A stretch of DNA of 64,000 nucleotides from an uncultured Clostridia bacterium (GTDB lineage Bacteria; Bacillota; Clostridia; Christensenellales; UBA1242). The position numbers were made by a program, and so were the translations under genes. Where the stretch lies: contig CAKNGB010000001.1 in NCBI GenBank assembly GCA_930971385.1, positions 67,670 to 131,669 of the forward strand, given 5' to 3'. The first letter of the stretch is position 1. Each line of letters begins with the position of its first letter. The notes beneath the pieces were generated by a model. That model saw nothing but the letters and a program-made list of their open reading frames with translations, ran no database searches and was not told where the DNA came from. Of this stretch, positions 29,901-34,464 are shown in pieces.

Positions 29901-30106
29901 CGATAGAAGGCGATGACACTGCAGGTGAAGCAGGAGGAACTCCATATTTGCAACAAATTTACGGAACGAATGATGCGTTTAATGATACTTATGAAAATTA
30001 TTGGTATACGCGAGATGACATGGTGACATCGGCTGGTAAATATGGTAATGCTAGTGAGCTTGGGACATATGCTGGCAGTGGTAGTTTTGAACAAAAATAT
30101 ATTTAA
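11891..30106 (+). CDS. giant surface lipoprotein (6,071 aa) with Ig-like repeats, multiple GLUG-type beta-solenoid modules and a Gly/Asn-rich C-terminal region
   Basis: Uninterrupted 18,216-nt ORF with a strong RBS and a lipobox (VFLSAC). Dozens of GG[IL][VAI]G repeats sit in the GLUG context (e.g. YLGAIAGQNNGLIENSYA, FVGGIAGRLTGEINGC, YVGGLVGYAGGGYISVAYN). Confidence 0.9.
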   Translation: MKKFVYGILTTLMLFGGVFLSACEPAQISLSLSTNIVNLVTNDETGGSPREETISVSLSNSDLGVEAEIISGEEHILLSDIVQNRQGNFNFTISAQNSGEALIRVYSLENNNIFEYINVSVKTNLENLQMNDMVNANGQSEMWIERGGSKVLYPETYFTFDPIDADVDDLVWTFNDIENATDTTNAKTQIVEGDQVVAEIIDNTLYVYDNYTSPIINVYASWQVGSTIISAENPLTFSIVNPSSIQSLVIGGETIDLTNAQGETTTIKLVKNNFNADEQGFLSEVSGIMVVESSYDMDLSLKAYQIVNGKKVYIEDYQNYFKLDDIVKEKVDNQLTFEFKIDALDDTNSNYYGDLYVEFVLSYTDFTYQIDTSNASRVLISTYYVPETVVVRNETDNIGGATIDLYSSYFSSRGYRLTVNLEPSDVGLNDNTYHIEVDMETSGNRPEEYLQVYTSSSQNPLSFTKIEGSSTYETGAIASGTTLYLRSGTLSTYSDFEIRFVANGNPRFASESIYANGYRIVDDVTMNVQNSDGTNFDFDSTYFISSSSSSEREITFNLRVYGMSSSTGLSPSYTQNRNFSITMVDAGNSYEDVVNPENSYVDVNVTVSLNGRNIQDSFEFTLLHQTGMESEVFKIEAFNPLTSATVSNGDRGAVNVYFEDVENQDYIIDQDANSWTSSNGEYATSDTLSSVMISAGSNFPLSFNFNSATLSEDAELLVFDFEAYREQNPNVDEEVLYEDYYASLTSEDLLEYSASFDADYSEYFTYANGQIRTQNSDFIVYVAVIFHGFNENHENLSLVRLFRLESFYPVTALRSDVTDAELYARESLGEEDEDLSNIDVQISMRLDREIPTYSDMEYFSIAFASNSTTGAPNYISITDENNAVKSIIQNENGSLRLTAFNINSNRLTFNIQAESTLFSSELSETIYIRYSYRPNENSQTSYERTATINLRIIQANRVENVTWVNETYNSEVYLNLISNDVEDKTFTISTSVSPNEANNRSLTYYYYSLDERGSNLSIETTAMSQSFTLTIGDQSEGGYGYLYILPEDMVKRQGGSRQIVYYNLNADGTLSTTAEYLPLSEIYSWYDDVVNATGETGELYRADYFLNNAGERVFYRDLILRIRVTIADGKSEETAIRVYTEDDLKNLDTSLYYRVMNDITLDNWTPYTEFSGMIFGDNEDITLNFTNGSQTFISTLTGVVKDLIFTGEVTGGGFVANTISQTGAIESTGVVSNVKVDVRYVDGRYAPSVVYDGVNVAGSYYLGAIAGQNNGLIENSYALGVELSGDVNNTFVGGIAGRLTGEINGCGVEFYKFDDGQGGVVSDQFSGTYFGGIAGASTTENGSVPRIVNSYAYAFSLEEYDENITITNAQNVDAFIGYTYNDTEIENTFAYLGDIEIRSTSNWVIRNSYNTYISDVVEGNATLSFRYFDSDGDSEVITLDEISSADFSSLNSQIWEYENIDSSRNFGFPYLKHISQTPRVSVEQSIYDVDGKVLSAENDRAVFFFYDVTTTPQNEGARYELDMFNTISIIDLFNLEEEFADSMLVSVDREQYLSFSTTNLFVERTTLDLSSKIVTLNLFSRMDFSVSKQFEIMIVYAVPEMSLATGGSTLNAGQILSVQTGRNNSRTVETIVDSNLYLNGTRYTLLQHDYYYTNTLTNNQTESGENYFSSNVAGNTVNYTANLATGGNYVNSSISMGITSIDTPELADFNNAVVNYNTTSILLGSYNGANALFIDAISSDILPSESTSFNAVLNTDNSEDDLVLTFVYNDLEYDVVMESDAKGYVQIGDNLKLDVNIAKTSESDNEMRFNVIINVNKDYRYKVDGDYALTVLVNPLSSNNYTCSFNLTVHKQEINAVNMTAYTISSRVIYNSVWYYSPSDTLSSTLVPGTDSILTMEVSPSFAHYSYFTLNYEISTSGNVGTVSLARLSYVPSFGYRINNTTSESIGSGLRITPNESDYSNGIYYFRIYISSGFSANSTLRLVVNFYDENGVIGTSYVYNYMIDYLNEANVLVDGATTVMLAKGDTAEISVTVDLDQTLTNLSLVGTGNDITRSDLVETVTETSRVYTATLRTSVLSTVSSGATGAFRVQATVQRTISGETEIKQSYATVYLVDFTINADETHIAGTSSTATYNGREYDVLHGYVNATNALDFNYSISPEEYSYDVNNIEEAEAVLELEEKRAEFNANDSYADTATGYYINYQQTANGYEEVALRERLYIVSSTGVATHIYNTERDRYVENTIVEFSGSGGNVSVRGLRTGQLLMRLETYIVVNNTSFTYTYDFLINIEVWTDEEVPLPIYTAEQFVDYLSGNENGTSTADDYILMNDIVLTDYTPLSTQYFDSFDGNGYTIFINSFHFDSASTTLNLALFSEVTANSTIKNVRVNLYNGGKITVNLNVYNEVNIAGFALVNNGIIYNSDVVAYYDSNLSSSQIVSSATGLVVDFVRGEGTDPINITSTNMSNDDVFISGFVGTNAGVITNSRVGGETYAVIIERNGSTFYNETTLPLFTLQGQGNVAGFVGENSGTISSSFAKNIEINNQMNSTSSETAGFVLSNSGEVHTSFIQGQNDPDSEDYYYDGSSIISTGRVGGFVYFNSGLVKNSYVNIAFEIDASRSYLSAGFVYENSSNGEITLCYSATKMSNSNINEMNFSGVNERGEDLNQNPTGITYSYYYVPENVGSTTQDSYTTGATSITDVDVEDAFYRFSFASEEGALDGIWTMTEDGITLTSANHIAFSNRYLVQSETSEEYSLFYSTLTDYSTRRLVDLSYGSLKNPIIIRDASDFALATGKAQEKEISSYKQYYTDTEVFGHYRIVSDIDFDDIDQNLEGAEELRLTTTTKTFSGILDGNAFTISNINLGSSSYVENYGLFARLNDASIMNLGLEVASVHNVNANIVGTLAGTMIDSRLSGIELSPIPTTSEEEEVVSVSIAGNNIVGGVVGIVLGNSKLSDIQVTDIDVVSAYYDGSKEVGYNDRFTGTNIRQITTIGGSLMNAVDELSYAGAVSGYVDMFMSVNEESVAYSTTVVIPDFQVATIRVLSSVDIYGEVAGGIFGYLGSSTQAFDMGLELDANMNLTNPSYITSKNLYAGGLVGESYGGLYAVYTEHIRTMQDTIEESMYSYYNGSQDVERGQMSIFSYTQNDTLHYNTRYNNPYYVGGLVGYAGGGYISVAYNRLNVVSNTTTREESYFGGIIGYLNASTTYNTNSITDNSEVTYYLHEVYFSGVLNSNTSALVGGIVGQISSSSVLAMEFVNSIPYYEQNSNRDNIFALVAGFEHDDLGMEVLPSHLYLLDNYSGYYDVITKVRVAGRDAAVTTVSAVVEYLYEDDTLTDEQSRMNYINGFRDNLIVYNGTGVDSVDSSDVDFSYEYAQIIQSPSHLSTMAMAYTRMSNFFIRAGWNDSVWTHELETMFPRIEFVPELTVIYLDYDIDSVREVLEAIHFNSSLTVVVRGRIDRDDPDAGHADVDLRRFDGPDEYENVVGKILTPTLINNFSGRIISYRAFINEGTGDATEGIVNRNINGDIGGEQGADVGIIIDSALFENAISGFEITDLNIYYHESESDTTTSHSILIENTANGAILNNLNIYVRSDLSIEADSYGRAGILVPYAISSDFTGVHFTLNEGVSINFASFDTSDGSTPQTNQYFGVLAGVIRQESPYRAMAVGNIRFDRVEGAEDSPIAINFENKTSDDYSYNIYFGLLTGQWEIDSYAADATFRINNLTNTTLNITLGYTPDGIASVDANINDIYFGGYIGRADITSIETEANKDPNEKILSNTINVTQNFSVANNEYFGLVVGELEGNGGVRFTSSSIPGTDNTLEINGSLNLGDSAIGNDAYIGGFIGHAEFNTVITCQLSVNFSVNEDDITTLNGAFEEPTKEPETPLLVTNNAYIGSFIGYLSGGSLRLGGFDVRGNINVKIKESTGGDLNQLIRYGIVGEVFNANLTIDPGSSGHSISRVNVVANSNIENNSRDEQLYVGGLAGIVSGTSEIDVNRFLYTGTTVAFSETLKFGGLFGQIGRALETTTAETTIANTIITNSGYGGKVEFMDVKSQGTDEEGNPIPYDYAYNLTTGGIIGTIEASGVTDYFEISIEGARTYGDVYVNYSDDGAKLTTFYYGGIIGEYQAPVQEVEDIDTVSLNMCYTLMTPFNFRLTESYELSHYQVNALVGFGSESISSYTKNLYSSSVNFSYQDISEDIGSANVDVGYYNKNVGNDVIKSDAYRGYGATASDSSYSYENIVGVMHDFAGEFELELTNAKLNPLQVVAMKIDGEEDKEYEVEFKSITEKTNAVSWYYLAGDLDLMPETETETSPSISELNNIVLVGNGNRIHTNTAPINTMATKGNSFTVVTSLIVDMDMSKTTIAGETIGGLINTLGDPSKTDNTATALLYGVGVEGEMYIGGNRSEGVMVGGIVGDMSIGIMENAYFDADIFFGSYDTTNLATISGVANTNSANVLIRNTFSGGSVQAYVPVNIALFNYHITPQGVEDTAEIRIYDSYSYMNILRYDYGHGVDGEVSAFAVNESERIYYDNSADNMALYYSGDYSSDISGDGTHAETGELSVGWNKNGSISDVNSILVNGSDQSLAKWNHSRYFNNGYATTNFGYLRNVSVYSYSTTTAEYTKLSFDQAYNLDYTSSHTPNEEGGETGGEDDETGTTLPTDYYFAVQSHAKFGQAMKAINNTKDENGEDAIYSNDTQFFLKYDIDLNKIPMDSGYSRGQDLGTKDRPITIDGQGNNFTSTEGGDKGNTAMFDEIHGTLRNLNIVVNGKINATSDYNRGEDNPGKGEDAIKVDIEGETTESSNEYYTIYGALANRLYGSLNNVTVKGDIAVKEQSQIVIGGVVGYAESMKKEASPDNPSEGTALNSITNVTSLVTINTSEGTSGIIGGVVGIAKDIKISNSTFAGNIISTSVNEGRVLGGDITLLNNNGGDEIDKAITNENIVLNNVIGGIVGDFESSDNEATISYCFNTGSIINNYKSTNTSLNLSSGGIAGYSEAEISSSLNTGYVQAGNYDNTGVALAGGIVGYTTASITNCINDARVHAISDLEPSYSVEEGATIELNVPGLDKDGKPDRTDSAGDATATVSYNITYNSENPNRLVFAYALGYVNNTNNARATASGVNIQNGTDGGVDVSNDLVESTGIINDGNIGQISVDYYKEFTLPRYANGSDDFWIGAQGYQENIGDRYGLSDSYSFSSTPDVSAYDAYGFPSRFNLSYTYTFDFEIFDLFTLNNVFKDGNDLLNITIKDDYTTEGQTIDLADYYADVETYNALAPAYIMLRDLGIITDEQMYYTGFYYDGKNYPGLYELVQNCYEKISAPTYPGGATEYYLSLNMYDYGSDRYDGISYENYVMQLNDTMNLSNYSNVTEITETPSGLYDDITDVDTATKANKTINIAGEDYTIAYDDNNLTENLILKTNVNSLTDGTVYGNDHTLSRFSEKTDGSDATISISNWKNVNIVTSASLENIESSFSFVSKFSSDTAFITFYGSLRNVNPTTSSDIAITSVNSTYGDLSESGMMTFYMSLIGKDAPHNLSTSSSRYGESVSVELTMAGEKNYGVVVSGNGANGSNGADGAIVHNNTFGRGGNGGTGGTIDIPTSSNITSIYGYNGVGGNGGNGSNGINAEVTEYGSTGVTIQGNRGGYAGGGYGTATANENTKSNLRESRALAGSGGTGGLGLVYYHKYINNEIDDSNVGGNDYYQVENAIRQSLSNIGFDAGYRYYQGFENGLDNVIGNGNVGLEDYYQRHFYITAAGGGSAGGLKANGNQGSKGDTFRGYDAISRNDTTYGTYGYLWIDDHNSGLFDNDNEVLWGGLQLIPAFSHNKVNTGTYGGRGDSNYLNNATGLATAVGNYISDYKWGLIGDGYIYSYEITASGGHTTTLTWRVSEEVSPNMYKLELTSGQSGFEMYNYYMKYENSQYILTDRQGNYVDVTVKPTDEPTIINRVRGGEDYNVALYEYKADGSIGYKDEKNPFKRSENKINEAYKNIKAYNGGTMWDYIFVGGTGGSAIEGDDTAGEAGGTPYLQQIYGTNDAFNDTYENYWYTRDDMVTSAGKYGNASELGTYAGSGSFEQKYI
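28551..28925 (+). repeat. Gly/Asn-rich low-complexity block (GNG/GGxGG repeats) within the giant protein
   Basis: VVSGNGANGSNGADG...GRGGNGGTGGTI...GYNGVGGNGGNGSNG...GNRGGYAGGGYG...LAGSGGTGGLG. Shorter echoes occur at ~29125-29200 (AAGGGSAGGLKANGNQGSKGD) and ~29875-29950 (VGGTGGSAIEGDDTAGEAGG). Confidence 0.8.
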
Positions 30107-30175
30107 TAAAAAAATCTGGAAAAATTTTGAAAAAGTTTGTGAAATCGTTTGGTGTTTTTGGCTTGGGTGGAGTAT

Positions 30176-30227
30176 AATTTCACTATGTTTGGGTGCTGAG
30201 AAATTTTGGCACCCAATAAGTGAAATT
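30176..30227 (+). other. two-tier stem-loop upstream of the RadC-like gene
   Basis: AATTTCACT (30176-30184) pairs with AGTGAAATT (30219-30227). Inner stem GGGTGC (30191-30196) pairs with GCACCC (30209-30214). There is no T-run after it, and it overlaps a TATAAT at 30173-30178. Confidence 0.45.
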
Positions 30228-30264
30228 TAATGCGTGACGCAAATAAAAACACTAAGGAGGAATT

Positions 30265-30993
30265 ATGGATAACAGTGATGTTTCTCATGCTGGGCACAGA
30301 GAACGCCTTGTTGACCTTGCCATTAATGCAGGGCTTGAGAGCATGAATCAATATCAAGTTTGTGAACTCCTTTTAACTTACATATTTCCTCGCGGGGATG
30401 TTAATCCACTTGCACACAGGCTTATCGACACCTATGGAACGCTGACCAACATCATTGACGCATCGGTTGAAGACCTTTCCAATGTTAAAGGCTTGAACAC
30501 AAGAAGTGCTAAGAAACTCTCTTTATTTGGCGAACTGTTTTTCGCATATGTGACTGCAAGAATGACAAGAAAAACGCAAATTGAAAATGAGCATGATGTT
30601 GTGGATATGGTGGAAGATTTACTTAGATTTAGAACTTCTGAAAACATCATTATGCTGGGTTTCAGCGTGGCAAACCTTTTGTGCGGAAGAAAGAGAATTG
30701 TTGCTTCTGAATCTGATGAAGTGAACATTCCAATCATGGACTTGACCGCATTCCTATCTTCAGTTAAACCACATTCTTTTGTTATGGCGCATTGTCATCC
30801 TTATGGCACTGCAAATCCGTCGGAGGCAGACCTCAAAGCCTTTGACATGGTGCAGAAAATTTGCTTCGACTGTGGAGTGAATTTTGCAGGGTGCTACATC
30901 GTTGGAGAGGACGGCGTTTATGCTATTCATAAAAATAAATTTGCACGAACCTACTGCGATGTTGACAGCCTTAAAAAAGCATTTAAAGTTTAA
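30265..30993 (+). CDS. RadC-like JAB/JAMM domain protein (copy 1)
   Basis: RBS AAGGAGG. N-terminal GHRERL, HhH-like segment DLSNVKGLNTRSAKKL, JAMM motif HCHPYGTANPSEAD. Confidence 0.8.
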   Translation: MDNSDVSHAGHRERLVDLAINAGLESMNQYQVCELLLTYIFPRGDVNPLAHRLIDTYGTLTNIIDASVEDLSNVKGLNTRSAKKLSLFGELFFAYVTARMTRKTQIENEHDVVDMVEDLLRFRTSENIIMLGFSVANLLCGRKRIVASESDEVNIPIMDLTAFLSSVKPHSFVMAHCHPYGTANPSEADLKAFDMVQKICFDCGVNFAGCYIVGEDGVYAIHKNKFARTYCDVDSLKKAFKV

Positions 30994-31000
30994 TAAATTT

Positions 31001-31027
31001 AAAGATGCTCATGTGAGCATCTTTTTT
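31001..31027. terminator. intrinsic terminator between convergent genes
   Basis: AAAGATGCTC (31001-31010), loop atgt, GAGCATCTTT (31015-31024), then T-run. It lies between the + gene ending at 30993 and the - gene ending at 31089. Confidence 0.75.
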
Positions 31028-31088
31028 AATTCTATTTTTAAAATAATTTTCATCTATTTTTTTGCGTTTAATTTAAGAGGTTTTCTGA

Positions 31089-31454
31089 TTAAATAAAGCG
31101 CATAATTAAATAGGTGATGACGACGCCTAAAATTGCACCTAAAAACGCGAACACGAAAGAAAGCAAAATAGCAAGTTTATTGACACCTTCTTTTTTTGCG
31201 GGCTTTTCATTTTCCAGTGCCTCAAAACCATATGGAAGCACGGCAAGGCAGTAAACATCATCGTCGTCGTATTTAATGGAAATCATATCCTGGCGCTCTA
31301 GGTGTGTTAGGATGTGTTTTATACCTTCGCTGTCGGTGCGATAGTGTTTTGGAAGCGCAGAAATAATATCCGAACTTTCGAATATCTTATAACTTCCACC
31401 TGAACTTTCTTTCGCGAGGATTTTTAAAACCAATCTCGACTTTGAGTCTAGCAT
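31089..31454 (-). CDS. membrane-tethered winged-helix-like protein (paralog A)
   Basis: 121 aa. The N-terminal ~75 aa look like a small wHTH (LVLKILAKES...IISALPKHY...IKHILTHLERQDMISIKY). C-terminal TM helix LAILLSFVFAFLGAILGVVITYLIM. Confidence 0.5.
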   Translation of the reverse strand: MLDSKSRLVLKILAKESSGGSYKIFESSDIISALPKHYRTDSEGIKHILTHLERQDMISIKYDDDDVYCLAVLPYGFEALENEKPAKKEGVNKLAILLSFVFAFLGAILGVVITYLIMRFI

Positions 31455-31593
31455 AAAAATATTTTTCCTTTTTCCTTTCCTTTTATTCTAACGCTACAAT
31501 AAAAACACGCGAAAAATAGCGAAAAAACTGGAAAAAATCGAAAAAATATGCATTTTTACATAAATTTTGCCTTTTTATTAAAAATATTTCCAT

Positions 31594-31953
31594 ATGACAA
31601 AGAAGGAAAAATTAGTGATGACCTATTTGTGTGAGAGATGTCAAAAGAAAAAGACATATCTTATTTCTCCGCAAGAAATCACTTCCGCACTTTCTAAAAA
31701 ATTTGTCCTCTCAGTGAACGAAATCGACGAAATTATGGTGCAACTGTCTAATGCGAACTATATCGACTTTGTTGTGTCCGATGGCAAAAAAGGTTATATG
31801 TATTGCGTCACGCTTAAAAAGTGCGGGCAAACCTATTTGACCGACACAAAAAACCAAAAGCGAACCCTGGGAATTTTGGTGCTTCGCTCCATTTTTCTTG
31901 CCACTGTCAGTTTCATTTTCGGAATTATTTTAAAGGCGATATTTAAATCCTAA
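31594..31953 (+). CDS. membrane-tethered winged-helix-like protein (paralog B)
   Basis: 119 aa with the same layout as 31089-31454 (EITSALSKKF...IDEIMVQLSNANYIDFVV...YCVTL, then TM helix LGILVLRSIFLATVSFIFGIIL). Transcribed divergently from paralog A. Confidence 0.5.
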   Translation: MTKKEKLVMTYLCERCQKKKTYLISPQEITSALSKKFVLSVNEIDEIMVQLSNANYIDFVVSDGKKGYMYCVTLKKCGQTYLTDTKNQKRTLGILVLRSIFLATVSFIFGIILKAIFKS

Positions 31954-31979
31954 AAACTCTTTATATTTCCTTTAAAGTG

Positions 31980-31988
31980 TGCTATAAT
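31980..31988 (+). promoter_or_regulatory. extended -10 promoter element TGcTATAAT abutting the uvrB start
   Basis: TGcTATAAT 31980-31988. Six nt (taaaat) lie before ATG 31995; no SD. Confidence 0.5.
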
Positions 31989-31994
31989 TAAAAT

Positions 31995-33968
31995 ATGGAA
32001 AATCATAAATTTCAACTTGTTAGTAAATATCAGCCAGCGGGCGACCAACCAAAAGCTATTCAAGAACTTGTGGAAGGCTTAAACGATGGCTTGAAAGACC
32101 AGGTGCTTCTGGGCGTGACAGGCTCTGGAAAAACTTTCACTATGGCTAACATCATCGCTTCCGTTAATAAACCAACGCTTGTGATTGCGCACAACAAAAC
32201 TTTGGCAGCGCAACTATGCAACGAGTTTCGCGAGTTTTTTCCAAATAACCGTGTGGAATATTTTGTTTCGTATTACGACTACTATCAGCCAGAGGCTTAC
32301 ATCGTTTCTTCCGACACTTACATCGAAAAAGACATGAGTGTGAATGACGATATTGATAAACTTCGCGCCTCTGCCACTTTCTCACTGTTAGAGCGAAGTG
32401 ATGTGATTGTGGTGGCGTCTGTTTCTTGCATCTATGGCTTAGGTATTCCAGATGAATATTTAAAACTCCACATTTCGCTCAGGCAGGGCGAGGAATATGA
32501 CCGCGATGAACTCATTAAAAAACTTGTTTCCATTCAATACACGCGAAATGATATTGACTTCAAGCGCACAACCTTTCGCGTTAATGGCGACACGGTGGAC
32601 ATCTTTCCAGCCAACCTCTCTGAGCAGGCGATTAAAGTTCGATTTTTTGGAGATGAGATTGAAAAAATATATGAATTTGACCCAGTTAGTGGAAATTTAC
32701 TAAATGAACTTAAATATATCGCCATCTATCCTGCCACTCACTATGCTGTTGGCGCTGACAGAATGCAAAATGCCCTTGACGAAATTGAGGAAGATAGGCA
32801 AAAGGCGGTGGAAAAATTCACGAAAGAGGGTAAATTTATTGAGGCGGAAAGAATTGGTCAGCGCGTTTCTTACGACCTTGAAATGATGCGCGAGGTTGGC
32901 TATTGCAGTGGCGTGGAGAACTATTCGCGTTATTTTGACGGCAGAAAACCGGGCGAGGCGCCATACACTTTAATCGACTATTTTCCAAAGGACTTTTTGA
33001 CCATTATTGATGAAAGCCATATGACAATTCCACAAATCCGCGCAATGTTCAACGGCGACCAAGCAAGAAAAAAATCGCTTGTCGATTACGGTTTTCGTTT
33101 GGAGGCAGCAAAGGATAATAGACCGCTTAAATTTGACGAATTTGAAAAGAAAATTAAACAAACAATTTTTGTTTCGGCAACTCCAGGAAAATATGAACTT
33201 GACCACGCTGGACAAGTGGTGGAGCAAGTTATTCGTCCAACAGGACTTTTGGACCCTACCATTGAAATTAAACCTATCAAAAATCAAGTGGAAGTTTTAA
33301 TGGAAGAGTGCGAAAAAACGATTGCTCGTGGCGCGCGTGTGCTTGTGACAACCCTTACAAAAAAAATGGCGGAAAGTTTGACAACATATCTTTCCGACCA
33401 CTCCTTCAAAGTGAAGTATTTGCACTCGGAAATTGACACGATGGAAAGGGTGGAGATAATTAACGGATTAAGGCAGGGCGAGTTTGACATTCTTGTTGGA
33501 ATTAACCTTTTGAGAGAGGGGCTTGATATGCCAGAAGTGGAACTTGTGGCAATTTTGGATGCAGACAAGGAAGGCTTTTTGAGAAGCGAGGGCGCGCTTA
33601 TTCAAACAATAGGGCGTGTGGCAAGAAACGCAAACGGCAGAGTTATTATGTTTGCAGACACAATAACCGACAGCATGAAACGAGCCATGGACGAAACGGC
33701 GCGAAGAAGAAAAATTCAAATGGAGTATAATAAAGAACACAACATTGTGCCAAAAACGATTATCAAAGAAATTAAAAACACGCTGGAAATAAGCAAAAAA
33801 GTGACAAGTGAACATATCAAAAAGAGTGACATCCCACGCGAGATTGACAGGCTGACTTCCATGATGAAAATCGCCTCTTCGCAACTGGATTTTGAGCGTG
33901 CGATTGAACTTAGGAACAAGATTGCGCTTTTGAAAAAGAGATTGAATAAGAAAGAAGAAATTGAATAA
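31995..33968 (+). CDS. uvrB: excinuclease ABC subunit B
   Basis: 657 aa. [11 protein letters not shown], Walker [16 protein letters not shown], and a C-terminal UVR motif ([20 protein letters not shown]). Confidence 0.95.
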   Translation: MENHKFQLVSKYQPAGDQPKAIQELVEGLNDGLKDQVLLGVTGSGKTFTMANIIASVNKPTLVIAHNKTLAAQLCNEFREFFPNNRVEYFVSYYDYYQPEAYIVSSDTYIEKDMSVNDDIDKLRASATFSLLERSDVIVVASVSCIYGLGIPDEYLKLHISLRQGEEYDRDELIKKLVSIQYTRNDIDFKRTTFRVNGDTVDIFPANLSEQAIKVRFFGDEIEKIYEFDPVSGNLLNELKYIAIYPATHYAVGADRMQNALDEIEEDRQKAVEKFTKEGKFIEAERIGQRVSYDLEMMREVGYCSGVENYSRYFDGRKPGEAPYTLIDYFPKDFLTIIDESHMTIPQIRAMFNGDQARKKSLVDYGFRLEAAKDNRPLKFDEFEKKIKQTIFVSATPGKYELDHAGQVVEQVIRPTGLLDPTIEIKPIKNQVEVLMEECEKTIARGARVLVTTLTKKMAESLTTYLSDHSFKVKYLHSEIDTMERVEIINGLRQGEFDILVGINLLREGLDMPEVELVAILDADKEGFLRSEGALIQTIGRVARNANGRVIMFADTITDSMKRAMDETARRRKIQMEYNKEHNIVPKTIIKEIKNTLEISKKVTSEHIKKSDIPREIDRLTSMMKIASSQLDFERAIELRNKIALLKKRLNKKEEIE

Positions 33969-33980
33969 GGAGAACACGAG

Positions 33981-34361
33981 ATGACCAAGATTGAAAATGA
34001 TAAATTTGTGATAAATGGCAAGTGCTATTCTAAAATTTACATCAAACTATTTCCAATTCGTTTGATGGGTGGAAGTTTTTTTGCTTTTTATATGACAGAC
34101 CGTGAACAAGCGGATGTTGGTGGAGTTTATGTGGATCGCGAAAAATTCAATGCGATTTTTAAAGAGAATTTGTCGCATGAAGAATGTGCAAAGATGTATA
34201 AATTTTTAAGAAATCGCGAAGGTAGACTTAGTGCAGAGCTTAAAGAAGGAGAACTTTCCATTTCTTTGATTACCGATGAAGCGAAAAAACAAAATTTCCA
34301 CAGTTTCGAAGAGGTTTCAAACTCCATTTCAAGAAAGAAAGAGGAGCGTGAGAGAGGATAA
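33981..34361 (+). CDS. hypothetical protein inserted between uvrB and uvrA
   Basis: 126-aa ORF with RBS AAGGAG, 12 nt after the uvrB stop. No motif recognised. Confidence 0.5.
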   Translation: MTKIENDKFVINGKCYSKIYIKLFPIRLMGGSFFAFYMTDREQADVGGVYVDREKFNAIFKENLSHEECAKMYKFLRNREGRLSAELKEGELSISLITDEAKKQNFHSFEEVSNSISRKKEERERG

Positions 34362-34435
34362 GTTGCGAGGATAAATGGTTTTGAGCGCTAAGATATGATA
34401 AATTCATAAGTAAACAAGCAATTTCAAGAAAGGAC

Positions 34436-34464
34436 TTGTTTACTTTTTATTTTTGTGGTATAAT
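34436..34464 (+). promoter_or_regulatory. promoter TTGTTT-17-(TGg)TATAAT abutting the uvrA start
   Basis: TTGTTT 34436-34441 and TGgTATAAT 34456-34464, with 9 nt before ATG 34474 and no SD. The -35 lies inside the right arm of inverted repeat TAAACAAG 34411-34418 / CTTGTTTA 34435-34442. Confidence 0.45.

Noticed and set aside
30126-30145. CodY-box-like sequence AATTTTGAAAAAGTT (cf. AATTTTCWGAAAATT); also AAATTTCAAAAAATTT at ~42405
   Set aside because: There are three or more mismatches, including the central C-W-G core. Such sequences are expected by chance in A/T-tract-rich spacers.
11556-30264. Giant gene 1 as cargo of a mobile element or genomic island
   Set aside because: There are no flanking direct repeats, integrase or tRNA target. 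Most of the gene has backbone-like composition; only the C-terminal ~3 kb deviates, and that is reported separately.
33468-33977. 169-aa ORF on the minus strand inside uvrB; similar antisense ORFs lie at 32970-33287 and 33284-33568
   Set aside because: It is fully antisense to a strongly supported uvrB reading frame. It has no RBS and a composition typical of antisense frames in AT-rich genes.
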